Source: an uncultured Gemmatimonadaceae bacterium
GTDB taxonomy: Bacteria > Gemmatimonadota > Gemmatimonadetes > Gemmatimonadales > Gemmatimonadaceae
Direction: 5' to 3'
DNA length: 64,000 nt
NCBI GenBank assembly: GCA_963761305.1
Contig: CAVXGK010000002.1
Location: 480,001 to 544,000, forward strand
Shown: positions 38,190 to 47,541 of the stretch, piece by piece
How positions within the stretch are numbered: position 1 is the first letter of the stretch
Layout: each line of letters begins with the position of its first letter
Notes under the pieces: model-generated
The model's input: only the letters and a program-made list of their open reading frames with translations
Told to the model about the DNA's origin: nothing
The model's database searches: none
Made by a program: the position numbers and the translations under genes

Positions 38190-40967
38190 ATGCTCGCCGC
38201 CGAGATCCGGTCCCGATTTCTCCAGTACTTCGCGCGCAACGGCCACGCGGTGTTGACGAGCTCGTCGCTCGTCCCCGCCGACGACCCGACGCTGTTGTTC
38301 ACCAACGCGGGCATGGTGCAGTTCAAGCGCGTTTTCCTCGGTGCCGAGGCGCCGCCGGGCGGACAACGTCGCGCGACGACCTCGCAGAAGTGCGTGCGCG
38401 CGGGCGGGAAGCACAACGATCTCGAGCAGGTCGGCCACACGGCCCGGCACAACACGTTCTTCGAGATGCTGGGCAACTTTTCCTTCGGCGACTACTTCAA
38501 GCGCGACGCGATTCGGTTCGCCTGGGAGTTCGTGACCGAGGACTTGGGACTCGATCCCAAGCTGCTGCGTGTCTCCGTGCATCACTCCGACGACGAAGCG
38601 CGCGCGCTGTGGCGCGAGATCGCCGGGTTGCCCGATTCGCGCATCTACGGACTCGGCGACAAGGACAACTTCTGGCAGATGGCCGATACGGGACCATGCG
38701 GCCCGTGCTCGGAGATCTTCGTCGACATGGCCCGCATCGCCAAAGATTGGCGGCTGCCTGAGGGCGCGACCGGCGAATGGACGGAGCTCGATCGCGAGGA
38801 GTTCTCGCTCGAGGCATTCATCGAAGGATCCGACCGCGACCGCTTCATCGAGTTCTGGAATCTCGTGTTCATGCAATTCGACCGGCAACCCGACGGCACG
38901 ATGGTGCCGTTGCCGAAGCCGTCGGTGGACACGGGCGCGGGACTCGAGCGGATCTCGGCGATTACGCAGGGCGTGACGATGATCTACCACACGGACCTCT
39001 TCGCGCCGATGCTTGCCGCGGTCGAACAGGCGGTGGGGATTTCGTATTGGGGACGCGACAGCGACGAGTCGCGCATTGGCGTGCGCACGAGATCAGGCAC
39101 CGTGGTGCAGAACGCGGTGAGCCCGGCGTCGTTCCGCGTGCTGGCCGACCATGCGCGCGCTGTGTCGTTCCTGCTCGCCGACGGCGTCTTTCCCTCGAAC
39201 GAGGGACGCGGCTACGTGCTGCGTCGCATTCTGCGCCGCGCGGTGCGCCATGCGTGGCTGCTCGGCCGCAAGGAGCCGACGCTCGTCCACGTCGCGCAGG
39301 CTGTGATCGATTCGATGGGCGATGCATATCCGGAGCTTCGCCATCGGGCCAAGCACATTCTCGAGACGACCCGCCAGGAAGAGCAGGGCTTCCTGGCGAC
39401 GATCGAGGGCGGTCTCACGCGGTTCGATCAAGTGGCGCCGGTGCAATCGGTGGGCGGCAGCGCCGATCTGCGCGGCACGATCAGCGGCGACGACGCGTTT
39501 CGGTTGTACGACACGTTCGGGTTTCCGATCGATCTCACGGAGTTGATGGCGCGCGAGCGCGGCTACAGCGTCGACATCACCGGATTCGAGGCGTCGCTCG
39601 ATCAGCAGCGTAAACGCTCACAGGACGAACGCAAAGCGAAGCGCGTCGGCGTAGCGCTCGACACGCTGTCGAACCTGACCGAGTTCGAGGCGGCGCCCGG
39701 GCTCGGCCCGTCGGCGACGTTCGTCGGATACGACACGATCGAGATCGAAACGCAGACGACGGCCGTGCGGCACCTCGACGGCTCGCGCGTCGCCGTGCTG
39801 CTGCGTGAATCTCCGTTCTACGCGGAGTCCGGCGGCCAGATCTCCGACCGGGGCGAAATCGTCGGCGAAGGCTGGCGCGTGGACGTCGACGAAGTCCGCA
39901 AGATCGAAGGCCGGCCCGCGGCGATCGGGAGACTGACGGGCCCGTTCCACTTCGGACGCGTCATCGCGCGCGTGCCGAGCGACCGGCGGCGCGACACGGA
40001 GCGAAACCACACCGCGACGCATCTGCTCCACGCTGCGCTTCGTTCGGTGCTCGGCGACGGCGTGCACCAGGCGGGATCGCTCGTCGCGCCCGATCGCCTT
40101 CGCTTCGACTTCACGCACCACGGACCCGTGTCCGCGGAGCGACTCGGTGAAATCGAGAGCATCGTCAATCGCGAGATCGCGCGCAGCATTCCGGTGACGA
40201 CGCGCGAGATGCCGTACGCCGACGCGCGGGCCGCCGGCGCGATGGCATTGTTCGGTGAGAAATACGGCGACGTCGTTCGCGTGGTCCGGGTGGCCGACTT
40301 CTCGATGGAGCTCTGCGGCGGTACGCACGTGCGCAACACAGCCGAGATCAACCTGTTCAAGGTCGTCGCCGAGACGGGCGTGGCTGCGGGCGTGCGCCGC
40401 ATCGAGGCGGTCACGGGACCGGGCGCATACCAGCTGATTCGCAACGAAGAGCGCGCGCTGCACCGCATCGCTGAGTCGCTCAAGGCGCCGGTCGACGGCA
40501 TCGAGAAGCGAGTGGCCGCCCTGCTCGACGAGCGTCGCGCGATGGAGCGCCGGCTCGATGAAGCGATGCGCGGCGGCGGCGATCAGTTGCAGTCGCTGCT
40601 CGGTCACGCGCAAACGATCGAAGGCAACGGATCGAAGTTGGTGACCGGCGTCGTGCGCGCCAGCGACGTGAAGGAGCTGCAAGCGCTCGGCGACGCGGTG
40701 CGCGAGAAGCTCGGCAGCGGCGTGGGTGTTCTGGCGGCGTCCTTCGAGGACGGGAAGAACACGCTGCTCGTCGTGGTCACGGACGATCTTCGCGCGCGCG
40801 GGCTGCGTGCCGACGCGTTGATCAAGGACATCGCCGCGGCGGCCGGTGGTCGCGGCGGCGGCAAGCCGCACATGGCGCAGGCCGGCGTGCCGGATGCGGC
40901 GAGGTTCGGCGAGGCGCTGGCGCGCGCTCCCGCGCTCGTGCGCGACGCGTTGGTCGGCGCCGAGTGA
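38190..40967 (+). CDS. alaS: Alanine--tRNA ligase
   Basis: DPTLLFTNAGM, FFEMLGNFSFGDYFK, NHTATHLL, ELCGGTH and GGGKP. Confidence 0.99.
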   Translation: MLAAEIRSRFLQYFARNGHAVLTSSSLVPADDPTLLFTNAGMVQFKRVFLGAEAPPGGQRRATTSQKCVRAGGKHNDLEQVGHTARHNTFFEMLGNFSFGDYFKRDAIRFAWEFVTEDLGLDPKLLRVSVHHSDDEARALWREIAGLPDSRIYGLGDKDNFWQMADTGPCGPCSEIFVDMARIAKDWRLPEGATGEWTELDREEFSLEAFIEGSDRDRFIEFWNLVFMQFDRQPDGTMVPLPKPSVDTGAGLERISAITQGVTMIYHTDLFAPMLAAVEQAVGISYWGRDSDESRIGVRTRSGTVVQNAVSPASFRVLADHARAVSFLLADGVFPSNEGRGYVLRRILRRAVRHAWLLGRKEPTLVHVAQAVIDSMGDAYPELRHRAKHILETTRQEEQGFLATIEGGLTRFDQVAPVQSVGGSADLRGTISGDDAFRLYDTFGFPIDLTELMARERGYSVDITGFEASLDQQRKRSQDERKAKRVGVALDTLSNLTEFEAAPGLGPSATFVGYDTIEIETQTTAVRHLDGSRVAVLLRESPFYAESGGQISDRGEIVGEGWRVDVDEVRKIEGRPAAIGRLTGPFHFGRVIARVPSDRRRDTERNHTATHLLHAALRSVLGDGVHQAGSLVAPDRLRFDFTHHGPVSAERLGEIESIVNREIARSIPVTTREMPYADARAAGAMALFGEKYGDVVRVVRVADFSMELCGGTHVRNTAEINLFKVVAETGVAAGVRRIEAVTGPGAYQLIRNEERALHRIAESLKAPVDGIEKRVAALLDERRAMERRLDEAMRGGGDQLQSLLGHAQTIEGNGSKLVTGVVRASDVKELQALGDAVREKLGSGVGVLAASFEDGKNTLLVVVTDDLRARGLRADALIKDIAAAAGGRGGGKPHMAQAGVPDAARFGEALARAPALVRDALVGAE

Positions 40968-41278
40968 CGGTCGGCGAGTGGTTGCGCGCGCGGGAGCCCG
41001 TGCCACCCACCCGACTCGCCGCGCGCATTGAATCGGCGGTCGAAACCCGTAACGGCGAGCCGGCGTCGCGCGCGGCGGAGCTCTGTCTCGACGCATGCGA
41101 ACGACTGCTCGCCGACGTCGCGTCGCGGCCGTCGCCTGGGCGTGAATCGGCGCTCGATCTTCTCGCCGCGGATGCGCTGGCGACATACGCGTTGGAGGCC
41201 GCGGCGGAATCGCCCGACTCGCTCGAAGGTCGCGCGCGCGAGGCGCTGAGACGTCTGACCGCCCTCGCCGCCGAATGA
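40964..41278 (+). CDS. Small hypothetical helical protein
   Basis: Overlaps both neighbours (GTGA, ATGA); contains RESALDLLAADALATYA. Confidence 0.65.
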   Translation: MTVGEWLRAREPVPPTRLAARIESAVETRNGEPASRAAELCLDACERLLADVASRPSPGRESALDLLAADALATYALEAAAESPDSLEGRAREALRRLTALAAE

Positions 41279-42030
41279 TCGACATCCACACGCATCTCAT
41301 TCCCGGCGTCGACGACGGATCGAAGTCGATCGAGGCGTCGGTGGAGGTGCTGAAACGGTTCGCGCAGGACGGGGTCACGACGGTGGTGTGCACGCCGCAT
41401 CTGGAGGCATCTCGCGCGCGCGAGGCGCCGTTCGACCAACACGACGAGATCTTCGCTCAGCTGGTCGCCGCGGCCGAGAGACCGCCGGAGCTGAGGCGCG
41501 GATGGGAAATCCGGCTCGACGTCCCCGGAGCTGACCTCAGCGATCCGCGTCTCGGTCTTGGCGGATCGACCGCGCGGTTGGTGGAGTACGCGCGACTCGG
41601 ATTGCCGGCGAACTCCGACAAGGATCTCTTGAGGATTCACGAAAGTGGCCTGGTGCCCGTCGTGGCGCACCCGGAACGGTACTGGGGATTGACACCGGAG
41701 CTCGTCGCCCGATGGAGAGCCGCCGGTGCGGTGATTCAGATGGACGTGACGGCGATCCTCCGGCGCGGGCGCCCGCATCGGCTCGCCGAGGAGTTGATGC
41801 GCAGGGGTCTGGTGGATCTCTTCGCGAGCGACACGCACGTCGACCGGCGAACGCTGGCGATCGCGCGGGACTGGTTGGGGCAGGTGACGACGCCGGAAAA
41901 CGTCCGGCTCTTGACGTTCGAGAACGCGCGACGGCTTCTCGCAGACGAGCCGCTCGCGCCGGCCTGGCCGATCACGGTCCGTCGAAGCATGGTGCAGCGG
42001 CTCAGCGCGTTGGTGTTCGGCCGATCCTGA
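41275..42030 (+). CDS. CpsB/CapC-type PHP tyrosine phosphatase
   Basis: IDIHTHLIPGVDDG, TPH, AHPERY and ASDTH. Confidence 0.9.
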   Translation: MIDIHTHLIPGVDDGSKSIEASVEVLKRFAQDGVTTVVCTPHLEASRAREAPFDQHDEIFAQLVAAAERPPELRRGWEIRLDVPGADLSDPRLGLGGSTARLVEYARLGLPANSDKDLLRIHESGLVPVVAHPERYWGLTPELVARWRAAGAVIQMDVTAILRRGRPHRLAEELMRRGLVDLFASDTHVDRRTLAIARDWLGQVTTPENVRLLTFENARRLLADEPLAPAWPITVRRSMVQRLSALVFGRS

Positions 42031-42063
42031 CGTTCCTTCCTTCTGAAAGCGAGCGACCGTTCC

Positions 42064-42657
42064 GTGGACACCGAGGTGAACAAGCATTTCGCCGATGGCT
42101 TGCGTGACTTGGCGGCCGTGGCGCAGCGTGTCGCCGAGTCGATGGGCGACGACCTCGATCGCGCGCTCGCCATGGTGCGCGAGACGGTCGCGCGCGGCGG
42201 CACGTTGTTCTTCTGCGGCAACGGCGGCAGCGCCGCCGACGCGCAGCACATCGCGACCGAATACGTCGTCCGGTACACGCGGAACCGCGGCGCCTATCCA
42301 GCCGTCGCATTGACGACCGACACCTCGTTGCTCACTGCGGCGGGGAATGACTTTGGCTTCGACGAGATCTTCGCGCGACAGGTGGATGCGCTCGCGAAAC
42401 CGGCGGACCTGCTGGTGATTCACTCCACGAGCGGCAACTCACCGAACGTGCTGCGGGCGGCGCAGGCGGCCAGGGCGAAGGGTGTGCGTGTGCTCGCCTT
42501 CAGCGCGCGCGACGGGGGCGAGCTGCGGGAGATCGCCGACCACTCGATCGTCATTCCCACGTCGCGGACGGACCGCGCGCAGGAACTGCACCTGTGCATC
42601 GAACATCTGATCTGCGACTACGTCGAAGCGCTCATGCTCCAGGCCGGGGGGGAAGCG
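42064..42657 (+). CDS. gmhA: Phosphoheptose isomerase (SIS domain); as sequenced it has no stop and runs in frame into the SDR
   Basis: CGNGGSAADAQH, GNDFGF, STSGNSPN and QELHLCIEH. Confidence 0.9.
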
Positions 42658-43416
42658 ATGATCGGTTTGAAAGGGAAGCGTGCGCTCATCACCGGCGGCT
42701 CGCGCGGCATCGGTGCGGCGACGGCGCGGCTGTTCGCCGAGTTCGGCGTCAACGTCGCCGTCGGCTATCGCAACCGGCGTGCGGACGCCGAGGAATTGGT
42801 CGCGTCGCTCAAATCGGAGTACGGCGTCACGGCGACGGCGCACGCCAGTGATATCTCGACGCTGCGCGGCGCCGAGGAGCTGGTGGGAGCCGCCGTCGCA
42901 TCGCTCGATGGACTGGACTTTTTCGTCGCCAACGCGGGAATCTGGCCCGTCGCCGACGTACCGCTCGGATCGATGAGTGACGAGCAGTGGCGGCGGACGA
43001 TCGCCGAGAACGTGGATTCGGTCTTCTACACGACGCGCGCGGCCATTCGCGCGATGAGCGACCACGGGCGCATCGTGCTGGTGTCGAGCACCGCCGGGCA
43101 GCGCGGCGAAGCGTATCACGCCGACTATGGCGCGTCGAAGGGCGCGGTGATCTCGCTCGTGAAATCGTTGGCGCCGGAATTGGCGAAGCGCGGCATCACG
43201 GTGAACAGCGTGGCGCCCGGGTGGGTGGACACCGAGATGTGCGACGAGCCGTTCGCGGGCGGCGGTCGCGAACGAATCGCGGCGGCCATCCCGATCGGAC
43301 GTATCGCCGCGGCGCGCGACATTGCCGGACCGATCGTGTTTCTCTGCTCCGATCTCGCGCGGCACATCACCGGCGAGATCGTCAACGTCAACGGCGGCAG
43401 CGTGCTCTGCGGATGA
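42658..43416 (+). CDS. Short-chain dehydrogenase/reductase (FabG-like)
   Basis: TGGSRGIG, NAG, YGASK and NSVAPGWVDT; has its own ATG at 42658. Confidence 0.9.
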   Translation: MIGLKGKRALITGGSRGIGAATARLFAEFGVNVAVGYRNRRADAEELVASLKSEYGVTATAHASDISTLRGAEELVGAAVASLDGLDFFVANAGIWPVADVPLGSMSDEQWRRTIAENVDSVFYTTRAAIRAMSDHGRIVLVSSTAGQRGEAYHADYGASKGAVISLVKSLAPELAKRGITVNSVAPGWVDTEMCDEPFAGGGRERIAAAIPIGRIAAARDIAGPIVFLCSDLARHITGEIVNVNGGSVLCG

Positions 43417-44387
43417 TCGTTCTCGTCTTCACCGGCGGCACCATCTCCATGCGCCACGACCCGTCGGCCGGCGGCGCCGTGCCGACGCTCACTGGGCGCG
43501 AGATCGTCGCGCTGGCGCCCGGCATCGACAAGCTCGCGCAACTCGAGGTCGACGACTGGGGCGCGTTCCCCGGTCCGCACATGACGCCGGATCGCATGTG
43601 GGCGCTCCGCGGGCGCCTCATCGAGCATCTCGCGCGGCACGACGTCGACGGCATCGTCGTCACGCACGGTACGGACTCGCTCGAGGAAACCGCGTACCTC
43701 CTCGCGCGCTCGGTGGCGAGCAACAAGCCGATCGTGTTCACCGGCGCGATGCGTACGTCGAGCGATCTCGGATGGGACGGCCCCGGCAATCTCGGCGCGG
43801 CGATTCGCGTCGCGGCGAGCGACGAGGCGCGAGGACAGGGCGTGCTGGTGGTGATGTCGGACCGCGTGTTCACGGCGCTGGACGTGACCAAGGCACACAC
43901 CTACATGGTCGACGCGTTCGACAGTCCGGGACTGGGTCCGATCGCGGTGCTCGACGACGGTCGCGTCGTCTTCCGGCGCACGATGCACGTGCCGCCGCCG
44001 ATTCTCAACGCGTCGGCGTTGGCGCAGCCGGTGGACATCGTGTACGCCTACGCCGGATCCGACTCGCGCCTGCTCGACGCGGCGCGCGAACAGGGCAACG
44101 GCCGAGCGGTCGTTGTGGCGGGAATGGGGCGAGGCAACGTGCCCGTCGCGATGCTCGACGGCATCGAACGATGGTTCGCGGAAGGAAAGCCGGTGGTGAT
44201 CACGTCGCGCATCGGTCGAGGACGCGTGGGTCACACCTACGGCTATCCCGGCGGCGGGCGACGCCTGGCCGAACGCGGAGCGATCTTCGCGGGCTCGCGA
44301 CGCCCGCAGCAGGCTCGGCTCGAGGTGATGCTTGGACTCGGGGCCGGGCTCGATCTGGCCGGTTTGCGCGATCTACTCGAGTCGTAG
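43413..44387 (+). CDS. L-asparaginase (type I/II family)
   Basis: FTGGTI, HGTDSLEET, TGAMR and GMGRGN. Confidence 0.92.
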   Translation: MIVLVFTGGTISMRHDPSAGGAVPTLTGREIVALAPGIDKLAQLEVDDWGAFPGPHMTPDRMWALRGRLIEHLARHDVDGIVVTHGTDSLEETAYLLARSVASNKPIVFTGAMRTSSDLGWDGPGNLGAAIRVAASDEARGQGVLVVMSDRVFTALDVTKAHTYMVDAFDSPGLGPIAVLDDGRVVFRRTMHVPPPILNASALAQPVDIVYAYAGSDSRLLDAAREQGNGRAVVVAGMGRGNVPVAMLDGIERWFAEGKPVVITSRIGRGRVGHTYGYPGGGRRLAERGAIFAGSRRPQQARLEVMLGLGAGLDLAGLRDLLES

Positions 44388-44406
44388 CTCGCCTACGACA
44401 AGAGGA

Positions 44407-44823
44407 CTACTGAGTCCGGGGCTCCCAACGCGCGAAACAGCGCCAGTCGAATTCGTCGGCGGCGCGGATTTGATCGGGGTAGCCGAAGACGTCGAGCCAA
44501 CCTTCCTGCTCGGCGCGCCAGCGGCAGTCCCAGACGAACTCGTAGACGTGCGTGTCCGTGCTCGTGTGCACGTGGACGACGCCGACGAAATCCGAGCAGC
44601 CGGAGCGCGCGCTGAGCGCGACGTGCTCCACGGCGAGCTCCGGTTCGGCCTCGAGCACGTGCGTGAGGAGTCGGCGGATCTTGATCCGCGGCATCGGGCG
44701 GTCGAGCCGCACGCGGTCGAGCGGCGATGCATCGTAGCCGTGAGCGTGATACATGCTCCGGACGACGTGCTTGAACGGCTCGGCGGCCATCGAACGGGCC
44801 AGCAACTCTTCCAACTCGCTCAA
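44407..44823 (-). CDS. Hypothetical protein with a Cys/Trp-rich C-terminus
   Basis: GAGGA SD 8 nt before TTG44823; SGCSDF..FVWDCRWRA..FGYPDQIRAA.EF..CF. An alternative start is GTG44895. Confidence 0.65.
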   Translation of the reverse strand: MSELEELLARSMAAEPFKHVVRSMYHAHGYDASPLDRVRLDRPMPRIKIRRLLTHVLEAEPELAVEHVALSARSGCSDFVGVVHVHTSTDTHVYEFVWDCRWRAEQEGWLDVFGYPDQIRAADEFDWRCFARWEPRTQ

Positions 44824-44962
44824 TGCGACGATCCTCGAACGTGAATTCTTCGACAGAAAATATCGACCGGACCGGGCACAAGCTGTACTGGGCACACCTT
44901 CACCGGACCCACCGCCGCGGCTATTCTCCACCGCTCGTTCGCGCCGATCCGACCCCCCCGCA

Positions 44963-46273
44963 ATGACCCGTCTCCATCCGCCGGCCACCGTCCTTGACAT
45001 CGCGCAACGCCTCGAGTCGGCGGGATTCGAGGCGTGGTGCGTGGGCGGCGCCGTGCGCGACGCGCTGCTCGGCGAAACGCACCTCGACTGGGATCTGGCG
45101 ACGTCGGCGACCCCGGACGAAGTACGGCAGGTGTTTGGTGCGCGCCGGACGATTCCGGTGGGCATCGAGTTCGGAACGGTTGGCGTGCTCGATCGCGAAG
45201 GCACGATGCACGAGGTGACGACGTTCCGCCGCGACGTGAAGACGGACGGGCGCCACGCGGTTGTCGAATTTGGCGTGTCACTCGACGACGACCTGGCGCG
45301 ACGCGACTTCACGATCAACGCGATCGCTTATTCGCCCAAGCGCGACCAACTGCGCGACCCGTTCGGCGGCCAGCGCGACTTGAACGCGGGGATCGTGCGC
45401 GCAGTGGGCGACGCGGACGCTCGCATGCGCGAGGACCGGTTGCGCGCGCTGCGCGGCATTCGATTCGCCGCGCGGTTCGGTTTCGACATCGAGCCCGCGA
45501 CGCGGCGAGCGATGGACGCAAGCGCGCCGTACCTGGGCCGGCTGTCGGCCGAACGCGTGAAGCAGGAGTTGGACAAGACGTTCGAGCAGGTGCGCCGGCC
45601 GAGTGGCGCGCTGACGATCTGGCAGAAGTCCGGCGCGTTCGGGTCGCTGATTCCCGCGTTGGCCGGTGTGACGGCCGATGCGCTGGCGGTGTGTGACTAC
45701 GCGGCGCGGCCGGGGCTCGCGCGTCGTCCGTCGCGGCGGTCGGTCAGGTATGCGGCCCTCCTCGCGCCGCTCGGCGCGCGCGAGGCGGAGTCGGTGCTGG
45801 TGGGGCTGCGGAGCTCGAAGCTCGAACTGAGAGCGGTCACGGAGATCATCGCCGCGTGGGACGCGAACGGAGCGGCCATCGGCGCGTCGATTTCGGCCCC
45901 GAGCGAGCCGAGCGATGCGAACGTTCGCCGGTGGGTGGCCGCCGTCTCGCGCCTGGCGGTGGGGCCTTTGATGCGCCTCGCCTGGGCGATCTGGGCAGCG
46001 GAACGCGCGGCGGGACGGCCGGCCCCGTCGCCACGCGCCGCGTGCCGCCTCTACCGGCGCATGCTCATGATTTCTTTGCGCGACCCCATCGATCTCGGCG
46101 GGCTCGCCGTGGACGGCGACGATCTGCGCCGCGCCGGCATTCCGGCCGGCCCCGGCCTCGGTAAGATTCTCCAGTCCCTGCTCGACGCGGTCATCGACGA
46201 CCCGGCGAGCAATACGCCCGACTGGTTGTTGCGCGAAGCGGCGCGCCTGCACGGCGACGCCACCCATCGCTAG
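44963..46273 (+). CDS. Class II tRNA nucleotidyltransferase (CCA-adding family)
   Basis: VGGAVRD, DWD, EVTTFR, DLARRDFTINA and EDRLRALR. Confidence 0.92.
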   Translation: MTRLHPPATVLDIAQRLESAGFEAWCVGGAVRDALLGETHLDWDLATSATPDEVRQVFGARRTIPVGIEFGTVGVLDREGTMHEVTTFRRDVKTDGRHAVVEFGVSLDDDLARRDFTINAIAYSPKRDQLRDPFGGQRDLNAGIVRAVGDADARMREDRLRALRGIRFAARFGFDIEPATRRAMDASAPYLGRLSAERVKQELDKTFEQVRRPSGALTIWQKSGAFGSLIPALAGVTADALAVCDYAARPGLARRPSRRSVRYAALLAPLGAREAESVLVGLRSSKLELRAVTEIIAAWDANGAAIGASISAPSEPSDANVRRWVAAVSRLAVGPLMRLAWAIWAAERAAGRPAPSPRAACRLYRRMLMISLRDPIDLGGLAVDGDDLRRAGIPAGPGLGKILQSLLDAVIDDPASNTPDWLLREAARLHGDATHR

Positions 46274-46283
46274 ACGGATCGAC

Positions 46284-46811
46284 ATGTTCTTTCGCGGACG
46301 ACAACCGGAGGCGTCGATCTGGCGCCGATTCCGCGTGAGCGCGGACGGCTTCACGTTCGAGCGCGAGGGCGACCTCTACGTCGCTCGAGTCGTCGCCAAC
46401 GCGGAGCGCGTCGTCGATCTGTTCTACGCGCTGAGCGAACAGCTGCCGCCCGCGGTCGACGTGGCGATCGACGACCTCCGCAGCGGCCGCTCGTGGAAGG
46501 GCGAGGCGGTCGCGCTGCCCGACGTCCGCGACTCGGTCGCGCGACTCAAGATCCTCCTCGCTCGCTACGGCGGCGTCGAGTTCGCCGTGTACACCGGCGA
46601 CGACCAGCTCACGGTGAATCCGCACCTCGACCTGTTCATCTACGCGCGCACGGATCGCTGGCTGTACCTCCTCGAAGGGAAGGGCATCGAGGAACAGGCG
46701 CGCGTGCGGGCGAAGAGCTGGCGCGTGAATCGCCAGCATTTCCCGGCAGCGCCGGATCTCGTGAACGCGGTGACGACGGCGGCCGACCGGCTCGGACTCG
46801 CTCCGACATGA
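46284..46811 (+). CDS. Hypothetical protein
   Basis: 175-aa ORF filling the gap, with an ATGA overlap to the ZIP gene. Confidence 0.7.
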   Translation: MFFRGRQPEASIWRRFRVSADGFTFEREGDLYVARVVANAERVVDLFYALSEQLPPAVDVAIDDLRSGRSWKGEAVALPDVRDSVARLKILLARYGGVEFAVYTGDDQLTVNPHLDLFIYARTDRWLYLLEGKGIEEQARVRAKSWRVNRQHFPAAPDLVNAVTTAADRLGLAPT

Positions 46812-47524
46812 ACTCGGCGGCACTCGCGTACGGCACCGCGGCCGCGTTGGCGAACGTCATGGGTGCGGCGGCGGTGGCCTCGCGCGCGTCGTGGAGCGTA
46901 CGCGTGCTCGACGCGCTGCTTTCGTTCGCCGCCGGGTTTCTGATCTCGGTCTCCGTGGTGGATCTCTTCCCGCAGTCGATCACGGTCGCCGGTTCGGTCG
47001 CGCCGGCGTTCGTTCTGGCATCGTATTTGGCCGTGCATTTCACGCAACACACGATCGGCCAACATTTTCATTTCGGCGAAGAGACGCACACGGTGTCGGA
47101 GATGGTGAGCGTGTCGGCGTTGATCGGATTGCTCATGCACACGTTCGTGGACGGCGTCGCGGTGACGAGCAGTCTGCGCGTCAGCCAGGGGCTTGGCGCG
47201 TTGGTGTTCGTGGCGGTGCTGCTGCACAAATTTCCGGAAGGGCTCGCGATCTCGAGCTTGTTTATGGCCGCGGGCGCGCGGCGCCGCGTGGCGATCCTGG
47301 CGGCCGCGGCGCTCGGCCTCAGCACCATCGCTGGTGTTCTCCTGACGGACTCGTCGACGTTCCTGCAGACGTACGGCCTCGCGATCGCCGCCGGCGTCAC
47401 GCTGTACGTCGGCGCGTCGAATCTCGTGCCCGAGCTTCAGCATCGCAGCGGCGCGCGCATCCCGATCAGCTTCGCGGCCGGCTGCGGTTTGTACTTCGTC
47501 GCCCGCTCGCTGGCGACGGTCTGA
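46808..47524 (+). CDS. ZIP family metal transporter
   Basis: HFHFGEETH loop, HTFVDG and HKFPEG. Confidence 0.9.
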   Translation: MNSAALAYGTAAALANVMGAAAVASRASWSVRVLDALLSFAAGFLISVSVVDLFPQSITVAGSVAPAFVLASYLAVHFTQHTIGQHFHFGEETHTVSEMVSVSALIGLLMHTFVDGVAVTSSLRVSQGLGALVFVAVLLHKFPEGLAISSLFMAAGARRRVAILAAAALGLSTIAGVLLTDSSTFLQTYGLAIAAGVTLYVGASNLVPELQHRSGARIPISFAAGCGLYFVARSLATV

Positions 47525-47541
47525 GCGCAGGACGTGTGAGC

